Positions 22,898 through 31,535 of a stretch of DNA of 64,000 nucleotides are shown here, in pieces. Position numbers and translations under genes: made by a program. This DNA comes from an uncultured Pseudomonadota bacterium (GTDB lineage Bacteria > Myxococcota_A > UBA796 > SXON01). Location: NCBI GenBank assembly GCA_903921785.1, contig CAIXRH010000132.1:75180-139179 (forward strand), in the 5' to 3' direction. The notes beneath the pieces were generated by a model. That model had not been told where the DNA came from, made no database searches, and saw only the letters and a list, made by a program, of their open reading frames with translations. Numbering within the stretch: position 1 is the first letter of the stretch; every line of letters starts with the position of its first letter.

Positions 22898-23893
22898 CTA
22901 AAGCGGGATCGGCGGCGTACGCCACGCCCCGCGCACCTGGAGGGCCCGCGGAAGGCGCGTGAACCGGGCCGGACCGGCGCCCTGAGGCTCCCCATCCGTC
23001 TCGACCGGGAGCTGGCTTTCGAACGAGATTTCGCTTGCTTTGAACCGTACTACGCCGGGAATTCGTTCGAGTTCCCCCGTGCGGGTGTGAGGGAGTCCAC
23101 GGAGGGCCTGACTGAAAGAGAGCGCGGGAACCAGGGAAACATCGAAGAGCCCATCGGCCATCGAGCCCCCCTTGCCCACCCACAGCCCTGCACCACAGTA
23201 GTGCGCATTGGCAACAAATGCGGCCAGCGTCGGCACCTCGGCCTCCCCATCGCCCTCCGGCCCCCGCCACCGCCAGCGGGTGGGCACGGGCGTGAACTCG
23301 CGGACCGTGGCGAGGATCGCCCCCAGGAAGGTGAGCGTGCCGCCGAGCCGCTTCGCCGACCCGTTGACCCGGACACAGACGTCCGCGTTCGCGCCGACGC
23401 CCGCCACGTTGATGAACGCCCGCGGCGGCGCGTCCCCGAAGTGCACCTGCCCGACGTCCACGTGCACCGTCGTCCCCGTGCTCGCGATCCACAGGGCGTC
23501 GGCGAGGGCGCGCGGCATCTCGAGCGTGCGCACCAGATCTCCGCCCGTACCGAAGGGCAGGGTGGTGAAGACGGTCGCGGGGTTCACCGTGCCGGTCTCG
23601 GTCACGAGCCCTCGCACCACTTCATTGCACGTGCCGTCCCCGCCCAGGGCCGCCACGAGGTCGGCGCCCCCGAGCGCAGCCTCCCGGGCGAGCTCGGAGG
23701 CGTGGCCCGGCCGCTCCGTCCACCGCACCTCGACGTTGGCGAACGCGCGCGCCGCGGCGCGCTCGATCGCGTCGCGGGCGCGGCCTGCCCGACCCGCGCC
23801 GGCGTTGGGGTTGGCGACGATCACGAGGCGCTCCCCCTCGTTGCGGGCCCCGTGGCCCTCCCGGCGGCGCGGGTCACCCTGGCTGGTCGGCAT
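22898..23893 (-). CDS. Diacylglycerol/lipid kinase family protein (DAGK catalytic domain, YegS/BmrU-like)
   Basis: LVIVANPNAGAGRA..., DLVAALGGDGTCNEVVRGL (GGDGT motif). The preferred start is ATG 23893 after GAGG. The ORF-track start at 23968 would overlap the upstream gene by 95 nt. Confidence 0.8.
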   Translation of the reverse strand: MPTSQGDPRRREGHGARNEGERLVIVANPNAGAGRAGRARDAIERAAARAFANVEVRWTERPGHASELAREAALGGADLVAALGGDGTCNEVVRGLVTETGTVNPATVFTTLPFGTGGDLVRTLEMPRALADALWIASTGTTVHVDVGQVHFGDAPPRAFINVAGVGANADVCVRVNGSAKRLGGTLTFLGAILATVREFTPVPTRWRWRGPEGDGEAEVPTLAAFVANAHYCGAGLWVGKGGSMADGLFDVSLVPALSFSQALRGLPHTRTGELERIPGVVRFKASEISFESQLPVETDGEPQGAGPARFTRLPRALQVRGAWRTPPIPL

Positions 23894-24653
23894 CCGGTCC
23901 TCGTACGTCAGCGCCGTGGGCGCGGAGCCACCCGGCGCAGTGCCCGTCGGCACAGGTGTGGGGGGCACCGTTCATGCGCCGCACCACCTCGGCAGCGAGC
24001 GCGTGGGCAGCGGCGGGGTTGCGCTCCGGGAACCCTTCCCGGGCGCCACAACAGGAGAGCTGCCCGTCCTCCCCGAGCGCGCCCTCGGAGCAGGTACGGA
24101 ACCGGGCAGCCCCGTCCGGCGCCGCGCTTCGTACCACCTCAACCCCCGCCGCCAGGAGCACCTCAGCCACGGCCGCGGAGTCGGTGGCGACCCGGCGGCC
24201 GGCGAAGTGTCGCGCCACCTCGGCGAGGACCGCGCTGTTCCCCGCGAGCCACGCCGCGTGGCCGAGCGCGTCGGGCGTGAGCGCCGCCCCTGAAACCGAG
24301 CTGGCTCGCGGGTCCCCCACGGGCGGCGTGACCAGGACCCGCACCGCCTTGCCCGCGTCGATCGGCGGCAGCTCGGGGAGCGGCGCCACCCCGGGGGGCG
24401 TGCGGCAGTCGCGAACCCAGGCGGCCACGTCCACGTGCAGGGCGCAATAGCGAGTGCAGGCGCCGCAGCCGACACAAAGGTCGAGGGCCTGATCGGCCAG
24501 CGTGGCCTCCAGAACCCCGTGCTCGGCGAGGCGGACGACCCCCGCGATGGCGGTCGGCGTGGCCGACTCGCGCGCGGTTCCGACCGCGACGGGGCAGACG
24601 TGCCGGCAGAGGCGCGGGCAGAAGGCGCACGCATCGAGGACGGAGGCGCTCAT
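23874..24653 (-). CDS. Cysteine-rich Fe-S protein (two 4Fe-4S-type Cys motifs plus CCG domain; GlcF/GlpC-like)
   Basis: CAFCPRLCRHVCP and CVGCGACTRYC motifs, with CCGAREGF later on. ATG 24653 overlaps the upstream stop (ATGA). Only the last 259 aa of track ORF 23874..25301 are used. Confidence 0.75.
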   Translation of the reverse strand: MSASVLDACAFCPRLCRHVCPVAVGTARESATPTAIAGVVRLAEHGVLEATLADQALDLCVGCGACTRYCALHVDVAAWVRDCRTPPGVAPLPELPPIDAGKAVRVLVTPPVGDPRASSVSGAALTPDALGHAAWLAGNSAVLAEVARHFAGRRVATDSAAVAEVLLAAGVEVVRSAAPDGAARFRTCSEGALGEDGQLSCCGAREGFPERNPAAAHALAAEVVRRMNGAPHTCADGHCAGWLRAHGADVRGPDADQPG

Positions 24654-26593
24654 GGGAGGCCGGCCTCGCGCTCGCAGAGCGCGGCGAGGTCCGACGCCGC
24701 TGGGCCGCGGAGCTCCGGTCCTTCCGGAAGCAGCCGCGCCGCGCGCACGTCCGCAGCGAGGCGGTGGACGACGCGCGCCGCCTCGGAGAGCCGCACCAAC
24801 GGCACGGTGAGCGTCTCGTAGGCTTCGGGGGGGAACGCTCGCCGAGGATCGGGGCCTGCGGAGGATCGGGGAACCGTGAGGAGGACAATGCGCCGGCCGT
24901 CCACCCGTACGCTCGCGCCGAGGACCGGGCTCTCCCACGCCGGGTGGGGCGCCGCAACGGCCCGGGAAAGGGCCCCCGAGGTGGGGAAGCGGAGGGAGTA
25001 GCCCTGGCGCGCGAGCACCGCGTCCCGATCCGCGGCGGGCGCCTGGGCGTCGAGGGTGGCGACCAGCGAGTCCTCGTCGATCCCGAGCTTCGGCGCCGGG
25101 GGCTCGGGCACGTCCACCGGGGGGAAGAGCCGCCCGGGGTTGAGCACGCCGGTCGGGTCGAGGTCGCGGCGGAGCGCCTCGAACTTCGGGCCGATCCCGG
25201 CGAGCTCGCGCGCCGCCGCCTCCATCTTGTGGGGGCCGACCCCGTGGTGATGCGCCACGGTGCCGCCAACGGACGCCGCGGCGGCGAGCGCCCGCGTCCA
25301 CGCGCGGTCATACCGGTCCTCATCGCCCCGACCGACGAAGGTGAAGTAGATGCTGCATCCCTCGCGGTAAGCGTGGGAGTAGTGCGCCATCACGAAGCAC
25401 TCCTTCCCCAGCGCGGCCCGTACCGCGGCGTCCAGGGCTGGCAGCCGGGACCAGGTCGCCGCCACCTCCATCGTGTCCGCGAACGCGCCCTTCGCGAAGA
25501 GCGGCGCCGCCTTGTAGCTCACGTCGTGGCGGTGTTCGTACCAGTGTTCGCCCGGTTCCTTGCCGAGGTCGTCGCCGCGGGCGCCGAGCAGCAGCGCATG
25601 GCCATGGTGGCTGAGCACGTCCACCACCTCCTTGCGCCCCTCCCACCCGGCGATGAGCACACACTCCCCTCCCCCCCATCCGGCGAGCCCGTTGAGCAGC
25701 CGCGGGAGCGCCAGCGCCATGTTGAGGTAGCCGCCCCCGCCGCCCGCGCCGCTGTCCACCGTGCTGGTGAGCGTCTTGAGCAACCCTGGGCCCTCCTTCC
25801 GCACGCCCTTGCCCCGCCCGCCGATCCGCGTGTCCACCGCGTCGTAGAGGCGCAGGACGCAGGGGTGCAGCTCGGCCTGCATCAACCGGCGCATGGCCTC
25901 CCAGGCCGTGCCGATGTCCGGGAAGCGGTAGCCCCGGAGCCAGCGGGTCTCCGGGAGGGGCACCACCCGCACGAGCAGCTCGCTGATGATCCCCAGCGCC
26001 CCTTCGCTCCCGAGCACCCAGGGCTGGAGGTCTTCGCCGGTGGCCCAGAGCCCGGTCCGGAAGCTGCGCGACGGCGCCACCACCCGCGTGGCCACCACCA
26101 TGTCCTCGAACTTCCCGTACCGGCTGGAGAATTGACCGGCCGAGCGCGACGCCGCCCAACCGCCCACCGTGCTGCATGCGATCGAGGAGGGGCTGTGGCG
26201 CGTGGCCCAGCCCTGCCGCCCGAGCTCGTCCTCCAGGTGCTGGCCGAGCACGCCGGGACCGACGCGGACCGTGGCGGTCGCCACGTCCACCGCGCCGACG
26301 CGGTTCATACGCTTCAGATCGAGGGTGAGCGCCCCTTTTCGACCGGCTGCGGCTCCGCAGACCCCGCTGCCGGCACCCCACGGCACCACGGGCACCTGGT
26401 TCACCACCGCCCAGTCCAACGCGAAGCGCAGCTCGGCCTCATCCTTCGGCCAGGCCACCACCGCGGGGGACTCCGCCAGCTTGTCCTGGGCGAAGCGCAA
26501 GGTGCTGCGCGGCCAGAGGTCTCGGGCGTGCGCCAGACGCTCCAGCGCGCCGATGTCCACGTCCACGCGGGCCGCCAGCGCCTCCACGTTCAT
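24650..26593 (-). CDS. FAD-linked oxidase of the alkyl-dihydroxyacetonephosphate synthase (AGPS)-like type, with an uncharacterised ~165-aa C-terminal extension
   Basis: FAD_binding_4-like [45 protein letters not shown] compares with AGPS [44 protein letters not shown] is present. [11 protein letters not shown] carries the HHH triad (codons at 25244-25252). The preferred start is ATG 26593 (GGAG 5 nt upstream); the alternative is 26668. Confidence 0.7.
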   Translation of the reverse strand: [647 protein letters not shown]

Positions 26594-26600
26594 CGACGCT

Positions 26601-26639
26601 CCGTTGCGGGGGCGCCCAGCCTCCATGCCAGGCGCCCCC
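26601..26639 (-). repeat. GC hairpin element, related copy F (minus orientation)
   Basis: The rc reads gggggcgcc-tggcatggaggctg-ggcgccccc-GCAACGg. It has a 9-bp perfect stem (26608-26616 / 26631-26639) and sits 63 nt downstream of the hydrolase stop. Confidence 0.5.
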
Positions 26640-26701
26640 ATGCGTAGGGCAGGCGGGGGGTTAGCCACCGCTTACCGGACGTCACGTCTCCGAGCACTTC
26701 C

Positions 26702-27583
26702 CTATGCAAGGGGCGTGCCGGAGCGGGGCCGCGAGGGTTTTTCCCCTCCAGACCCCTTGGTTTTTTTGGAGGCGAGCGGGGTCTGAGAGGGGGCCTGCCC
26801 CCCCAGCCGCGACGTGGATGTCGTGATCGGCGGATTGGCGCCCGATTGACTCTCCCTCGGGGCGGCCGGCAACCGGGCCGACAGCGTGTCCGCCAACGAC
26901 CAGGGCATCTCTTCGGGCCACGCGTATCGGCCACCGGGAGCGACCCGGAGGGTGCCGGCACCGCGACGCGCCTCCACATCTGCGGCGATAGAGAGCGGGT
27001 TCAACCGGTCGTTATCGCCCCAGAACAGGGTGAGCTCACCCGGGGCGGCGCCCGGGTCGGGCCAGGGAGTGGCGAGCGCCCGGAGGTAGGCCACCAGCGC
27101 ACGACGGCGGGACCGGTCGGCGACCAGCGGCCCACAGAGCGCGGCAACCGTGTCGCGGTCCATGGCGTAGGGGTTGGCCACGGCGCGGCGGAGACCGGCA
27201 GAGGAGCGCAGCCAGGCCAGCCAGGGCGCGGGGAGGAACACCGTGTCGGCGGCGGCGGGCAAGCCCGCGAGGGCGACCACGGCGCGGCTCACCGGGTCGA
27301 GCGCGCGGAGGGGGCCGTTGAGGAGCATCACGCGGGCGCCGGTTCCGAGGTGAGCCAGGAAGGCGGCGGCGGGCACCGCCAGCGCGTGGGCGACCACGAG
27401 GTCCTCCGCGGCGACACGCCCGGCGAGGGCGGCGGCGGCGGCCTCCGGGCTGGCGCCGAGCTCCACCACGGAGTGAGTCTGCACGACCAGGTCGGGTCGC
27501 TTGTCCCGGAGGCGCGCGACGACGCCCCGGAAGAGGTCCACGCCAAACGGCGGGCCAGCGACCAGGTGGAGAGTGGCGCTCAT
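26702..27583 (-). CDS. Alpha/beta-hydrolase-fold protein (function unknown)
   Basis: ATG 27583 overlaps the dihydroorotase stop (ATGA). The length and pattern (LHLVAGPPFG..., LVVAHALAVPAAAF, LFWGDNDRL) fit an alpha/beta hydrolase, but a clean GxSxG is not seen (AHALA sits in its place). The C-terminal ~50 aa are low-complexity. Confidence 0.5.
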   Translation of the reverse strand: MSATLHLVAGPPFGVDLFRGVVARLRDKRPDLVVQTHSVVELGASPEAAAAALAGRVAAEDLVVAHALAVPAAAFLAHLGTGARVMLLNGPLRALDPVSRAVVALAGLPAAADTVFLPAPWLAWLRSSAGLRRAVANPYAMDRDTVAALCGPLVADRSRRRALVAYLRALATPWPDPGAAPGELTLFWGDNDRLNPLSIAADVEARRGAGTLRVAPGGRYAWPEEMPWSLADTLSARLPAAPRESQSGANPPITTSTSRLGGQAPSQTPLASKKTKGSGGEKPSRPRSGTPLA

Positions 27584-28896
27584 GCCGCACGCTCCGGGCT
27601 CACCAGCGCGCCGCGCGCCGCGTCGTCCACGATGCGGCCGCGCTCGGCCACGAGCTTGCCGTTGACGAACACCATGTCCGGCTTTGGCGCCACCTTCTGG
27701 CCCAGGTACGGGCTCCAGCCCACCCGGGTGAGGAGCTCCTCCGCGACGTGTTTGTGCAGCTCGGGCTCGCCGAAGATCAGCAGGTCGGCGTCCGCGCCGA
27801 CGACGACCTTGCCCTTCTTGGCAAAGCCGAAGATCCGCGCCGGGGACTCGCTGCACATCGCCACGACCCGCTCCAACGGGAGCTTGCCATGCTTCACCGC
27901 GGCGAGGAACAGGGGAAAGATCATCTCCACCCCAGGGATGCCCGAAGGCGCCGATTCATAGGGCAACGCCTTCTCCTCAAGGGTGTGCGGGGCGTGATCG
28001 CTCCCGACGGTGTCGAGCAGGCCACGGCCGAGCGCGAACCACAAGGCGCGCCGGTCGGCGTCGGGGCGCAAGGGCGGGTTCACCTTGCCGAGGTTGCCGA
28101 GCGGCGACTGGTTGTCGAGCCAGAGGTGGTGCGGCGAGACCTCGGTCGTCATCGGGAGGATGCCCCGCACCGCGTCGAGCACCGCGAGCTCGGCCGCCGT
28201 GGAGACATGGCAGACGTGCACCCGCCGGGGGTGCGCTCGCGTGAGCTCCACGAGCCGGCTGACCGCGACGACCGCTGCTTCCGCCGGACGCGCGTCATGG
28301 TGCGTAGGCGGCACCTTCCCCGCCCAGTGCTCCCGATACCGCTGGAGCACGCCTTCATCCTCGGCATGAACACCCATCAGCGCAGACGTGCGCTCGAAGA
28401 GCTCGACGAGGGTCGTGTCGTCCACGAGGAGCGGCCCCGTCGAGGCGCCCATGAAAACCTTGATCCCGCACGCCGGGCCCTCGTCGGCCATTCGCCGCGC
28501 GTCGTCGATCTTCCCGGCTGCCCCGCCGAACCAGATCCCGAAGTTGGCCCTAGACTTCGCCTCGGCGAGCGCCGCCTTCTCATGCCACGCCTCCACGGTG
28601 ATCGTGGGGGGGTTGGTGTTGGGCATGTCGCAGACGGTGGTCACCCCGCCGGAGACGGCCGCGGCCGAGCCGCTGCCCCAGTCTTCTTTGTGGGGGTGGC
28701 CGGGGTCGCGGAAGTGCACGTGGGTGTCGATGAACCCCGGGACGACGAAGCGCCCGATGGCCGACACTTTTCGTTTGGCGGGGCCGCCGGCGCGAGGGCC
28801 GATGTACACGATCCTCCCCCCTTCGACCGCGATGTCTGCGACACGACGGGAGGTGCCGCTGAGGATGGTGCCGTCTTCGATGACCAGGTCGTACAC
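27580..28896 (-). CDS. pyrC: Dihydroorotase (cyclic amidohydrolase family)
   Basis: GFIDTHVHFRDPG, GGVTTVCDMPNT, IKVFMG, HAED, VHVCHVST, GSDHAPH and a C-terminal composite domain. 438 aa. Confidence 0.82.
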   Translation of the reverse strand: MYDLVIEDGTILSGTSRRVADIAVEGGRIVYIGPRAGGPAKRKVSAIGRFVVPGFIDTHVHFRDPGHPHKEDWGSGSAAAVSGGVTTVCDMPNTNPPTITVEAWHEKAALAEAKSRANFGIWFGGAAGKIDDARRMADEGPACGIKVFMGASTGPLLVDDTTLVELFERTSALMGVHAEDEGVLQRYREHWAGKVPPTHHDARPAEAAVVAVSRLVELTRAHPRRVHVCHVSTAAELAVLDAVRGILPMTTEVSPHHLWLDNQSPLGNLGKVNPPLRPDADRRALWFALGRGLLDTVGSDHAPHTLEEKALPYESAPSGIPGVEMIFPLFLAAVKHGKLPLERVVAMCSESPARIFGFAKKGKVVVGADADLLIFGEPELHKHVAEELLTRVGWSPYLGQKVAPKPDMVFVNGKLVAERGRIVDDAARGALVSPERAA

Positions 28897-28997
28897 GCGC
28901 GCGATCTAACGCAGCGCTCGCCCGCGTCACCTCGGCATTCGACGCCGCGACGTACCCGGCGCGACCGCGCGACGGGTATGGTCGCCGCGAGGGTGGC

Positions 28998-29630
28998 TCA
29001 GTCCAGCCGCACGCGGACGCCGAGGCTCGCGCCGGGGAACACGTTCTGGGGAGCGAGCACGGCGCGGGACGCAGGATCCACCAGGAGGTTCGCCGAGACT
29101 CCGGGAAGCAGCTCCAGGCGATCCCCCATCGGCACGCTCCACGCCGCCGCCAGCCCGGCCGTGACCCAGGGCTCCTCGCGCTGCAGGTACAGCCCAACCC
29201 GCGGGGCGAGCACGAGCTGACTCCGTCCGACGTCGAGGCCGATGAGCACCGGGAGGTCCACCGAAGCCCCGCCGCTGCCGCTGCTGGCCCCGCCGAACGC
29301 CCGCAGGTGAGGGTCGAGCGAGACATGCACGGCGCCCTGATCGGGGTTCACCAGCCCAATCTTCGCGTGGATCCCGCCGTACTCCAACGGCCCATCCAGC
29401 CCAGACCCGACGCTCACCAGCCCCACCTCGCCGCCGAGCTCCAGACCGCGCACCACGCCTCCGTGCACCGACGCGGCACCGCCGAAGTACGGGGTGAGGT
29501 CGCCGCCCTCCGCTGGAATCGGCAGCACCACCCCACCCCCCGCCTGGATCGCCAATTCACCGGGAGCGAGCGGCGTGGCCCGGCTCAGGTCGAGGGCGCC
29601 GATGCACCCCGTGAGGAGGAAGAAGAACAT
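28998..29630 (-). CDS. Hypothetical lipoprotein, Gly/Val-rich with beta-strand-like periodicity (possible small OM barrel)
   Basis: MFFFLLTGC lipobox. GGAGG (29635-29639) lies 4 nt upstream of the ATG. Alternating hydrophobic pattern throughout. Confidence 0.55.
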   Translation of the reverse strand: MFFFLLTGCIGALDLSRATPLAPGELAIQAGGGVVLPIPAEGGDLTPYFGGAASVHGGVVRGLELGGEVGLVSVGSGLDGPLEYGGIHAKIGLVNPDQGAVHVSLDPHLRAFGGASSGSGGASVDLPVLIGLDVGRSQLVLAPRVGLYLQREEPWVTAGLAAAWSVPMGDRLELLPGVSANLLVDPASRAVLAPQNVFPGASLGVRVRLD

Positions 29631-29639
29631 CGGACCTCC

Positions 29640-30332
29640 TCAGAGCTCCCCGCGCACTTGCAGCGCGGGGACGAAGACGGGGTGAGTGAGCGTGAGCTCG
29701 ACGGGCACCTGGACCACCGCGTCGGCGGACCAGCGCGGAGACGGGCGCCAGCGCGCGCCGACGCGGAGGCTCACCGGGGTTGGATCGGCCACCACCTCGG
29801 CTTCGGTGAGCACCGCCCACTTCGTGCCGATCGGCGAGAGCCGGGTCACGGTGATCGCCGAGCCGACCGCCGGGTACAGCCCCAACGCCACCCGGAGGGA
29901 AATGACCTCCCCCTTCGGGCCCAGGCTCAGGTCCCAGGTGATCCGGGGCGCGAGCCCGGAGCGCGCGTCCGCGCCGCGAAGCACCCAGAAGGACACGGTG
30001 GGCGCGTCCGCGACGGTGACGCGCGCGTCCACGCCGAGGGCGGAGTGCACGGTCTCGGAGCCGAAGAAGGCCCGAACGCCCACCCGGAGGGTGCCCGAGC
30101 CCGCGTCCGACCAGCCGGTCCCGGCGCCGGCGAGGCCAGAGTAGTCAAGGTCAATCCCAAGGTTCTGGACGTGACCCTGGAGGAGGAGCTGCCCCTCCCC
30201 GTACTGTCGGACGCCGTCGAAGAGCCCGGCGGCGGTGAGCGTGGCCGCATTCGCGGGCAGCGCCCCCGGAGCGCCGAAGCCCGCGGAGTCCGCGGCCGGC
30301 CCGGCCAGGGCGGCGGCGACGAGGGCGATCAT
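29640..30332 (-). CDS. Hypothetical secreted beta-rich protein (possible OM barrel)
   Basis: The preferred start is ATG 30332 (MIALVAAALAGPAAD), which overlaps the upstream stop (ATGA). Alternating-residue strands run to the C-terminus. Confidence 0.5.
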   Translation of the reverse strand: MIALVAAALAGPAADSAGFGAPGALPANAATLTAAGLFDGVRQYGEGQLLLQGHVQNLGIDLDYSGLAGAGTGWSDAGSGTLRVGVRAFFGSETVHSALGVDARVTVADAPTVSFWVLRGADARSGLAPRITWDLSLGPKGEVISLRVALGLYPAVGSAITVTRLSPIGTKWAVLTEAEVVADPTPVSLRVGARWRPSPRWSADAVVQVPVELTLTHPVFVPALQVRGEL

Positions 30333-30817
30333 GGGACACCCCCGGTGTCCGCGGAGTCGAACACCGCGCACTGGGTGTCGTAGCGTTTCGCGTTCGCCAG
30401 GTTCACGCAGTCATCCACGGACTCCGGCGCCGGAACCTCCGAGCTCGCTGCGGTGTGGAACCGCCACGAGCCGGTGCGGCGGGTGGTGATGGCGTCCCAT
30501 TCCTGCACGGCGGGCTCCGAGCCGTCGGTGACCACCCACGTGTAGTCAGTGTCGGCCTTCAAGCCGCCGATCACGCACAACCCGAGGCCGCCCTTGAACG
30601 CGAACGGCAGCCCCTCGACCGCGGCGCCGCCGGCCAGGGACACCGTGATCCGACGCGCAACGTGCTCGTTGAGGTCCACGAACCCGGAGTCCCCCCAACG
30701 CAGGCCCACGGGGCGGTTGGGGTCCCACGCGGACGAGTCGGGGCAGGGCCGCCGGACATCGTCCATCGGGTCATCGACACAAGCCGCCGAAAATAGCAGC
30801 AAAGGCAGGTAGCGCAT
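30329..30817 (-). CDS. Hypothetical small lipoprotein
   Basis: ATG 30817 follows GGAGG (30822-30826). MRYLPLLLFSAAC lipobox. Several additional Cys. The ORF-track start at 31027 is read-through into the GNAT gene. Confidence 0.55.
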   Translation of the reverse strand: MRYLPLLLFSAACVDDPMDDVRRPCPDSSAWDPNRPVGLRWGDSGFVDLNEHVARRITVSLAGGAAVEGLPFAFKGGLGLCVIGGLKADTDYTWVVTDGSEPAVQEWDAITTRRTGSWRFHTAASSEVPAPESVDDCVNLANAKRYDTQCAVFDSADTGGVP

Positions 30818-30878
30818 CACGCCTCCCACCCTGAACCCGCACCCACGGTAACGCATCGACTTCCGATCCGCTGCACCA

Positions 30879-31415
30879 TCATGAGCGCGGGCCTCCACGG
30901 AGCCACCGCGCCATCCACACCTCGTCGGCGTAGCTGCCATCCGGGAGGTTTTGCTGGCCCATCCGCCGCCCCTCCTCCACGAAGCCGTGGCGGGCGTAGA
31001 GCGCGATCGCTCGCGCGTTATGTGCATACACCGCCAACTCTACCTTCTCCAGCGCGGGCGTGAGCGCCGCCTGACGGAGCGCCGCCGACACCAGCGCGTC
31101 CCCCACGCCCCGCCCGCGCCACGCCCCCGCGACGAGGATCTCCAACCGCCCCACGTGACGAATCCGCCGGAGCGGCCCCCCCTCCACGTACACCACACCC
31201 ACGGTCTCGCTCCCGACGCGCGCCACGAACGACACGGAGTTCCCCGAGCGGCGCAGCTGCCGGATCATCTCGGCGCGCTGCGCGGTGTCCTCCCGCAGCT
31301 CGTCGGGCTCCACGGTGAACCACATCCCCTCCCGCACCACCGCGCGACGGAGCGCCACCAGCGCAGCCGCGTCGGACGGAGAGGTCGGGTCCAGCTTCAG
31401 CCCGTCGACGCCCAT
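30879..31415 (-). CDS. GNAT-family N-acetyltransferase
   Basis: LEILVAGAWRGRGVGDALVSAALRQA (acetyl-CoA binding R/Q-x-x-G-x-G/A motif) and AIALYARHGFVEEG. Confidence 0.82.
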   Translation of the reverse strand: MGVDGLKLDPTSPSDAAALVALRRAVVREGMWFTVEPDELREDTAQRAEMIRQLRRSGNSVSFVARVGSETVGVVYVEGGPLRRIRHVGRLEILVAGAWRGRGVGDALVSAALRQAALTPALEKVELAVYAHNARAIALYARHGFVEEGRRMGQQNLPDGSYADEVWMARWLRGGPRS

Positions 31416-31535
31416 GCGGCCTCCAACGCCGCACCTAACCGTAGCGCCGGCGCGGCGCCGCGATTCGCAGCCAGCCGGCGCGTCGGCAACGCGGACCGTG
31501 ATCCGCGAATCGCCCAGATGGGAATTGAGCTCGGT

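Noticed and set aside
26702-26850. Possible terminator or separate feature in the low-complexity 3' tail of the alpha/beta-hydrolase gene (cagacccc...ggggtctg, gggggcctgcccccc)
   Set aside because: The hairpins are weak with large loops and no T-tract, and they lie inside the open frame. I cannot tell from sequence alone whether the tail is real coding sequence.
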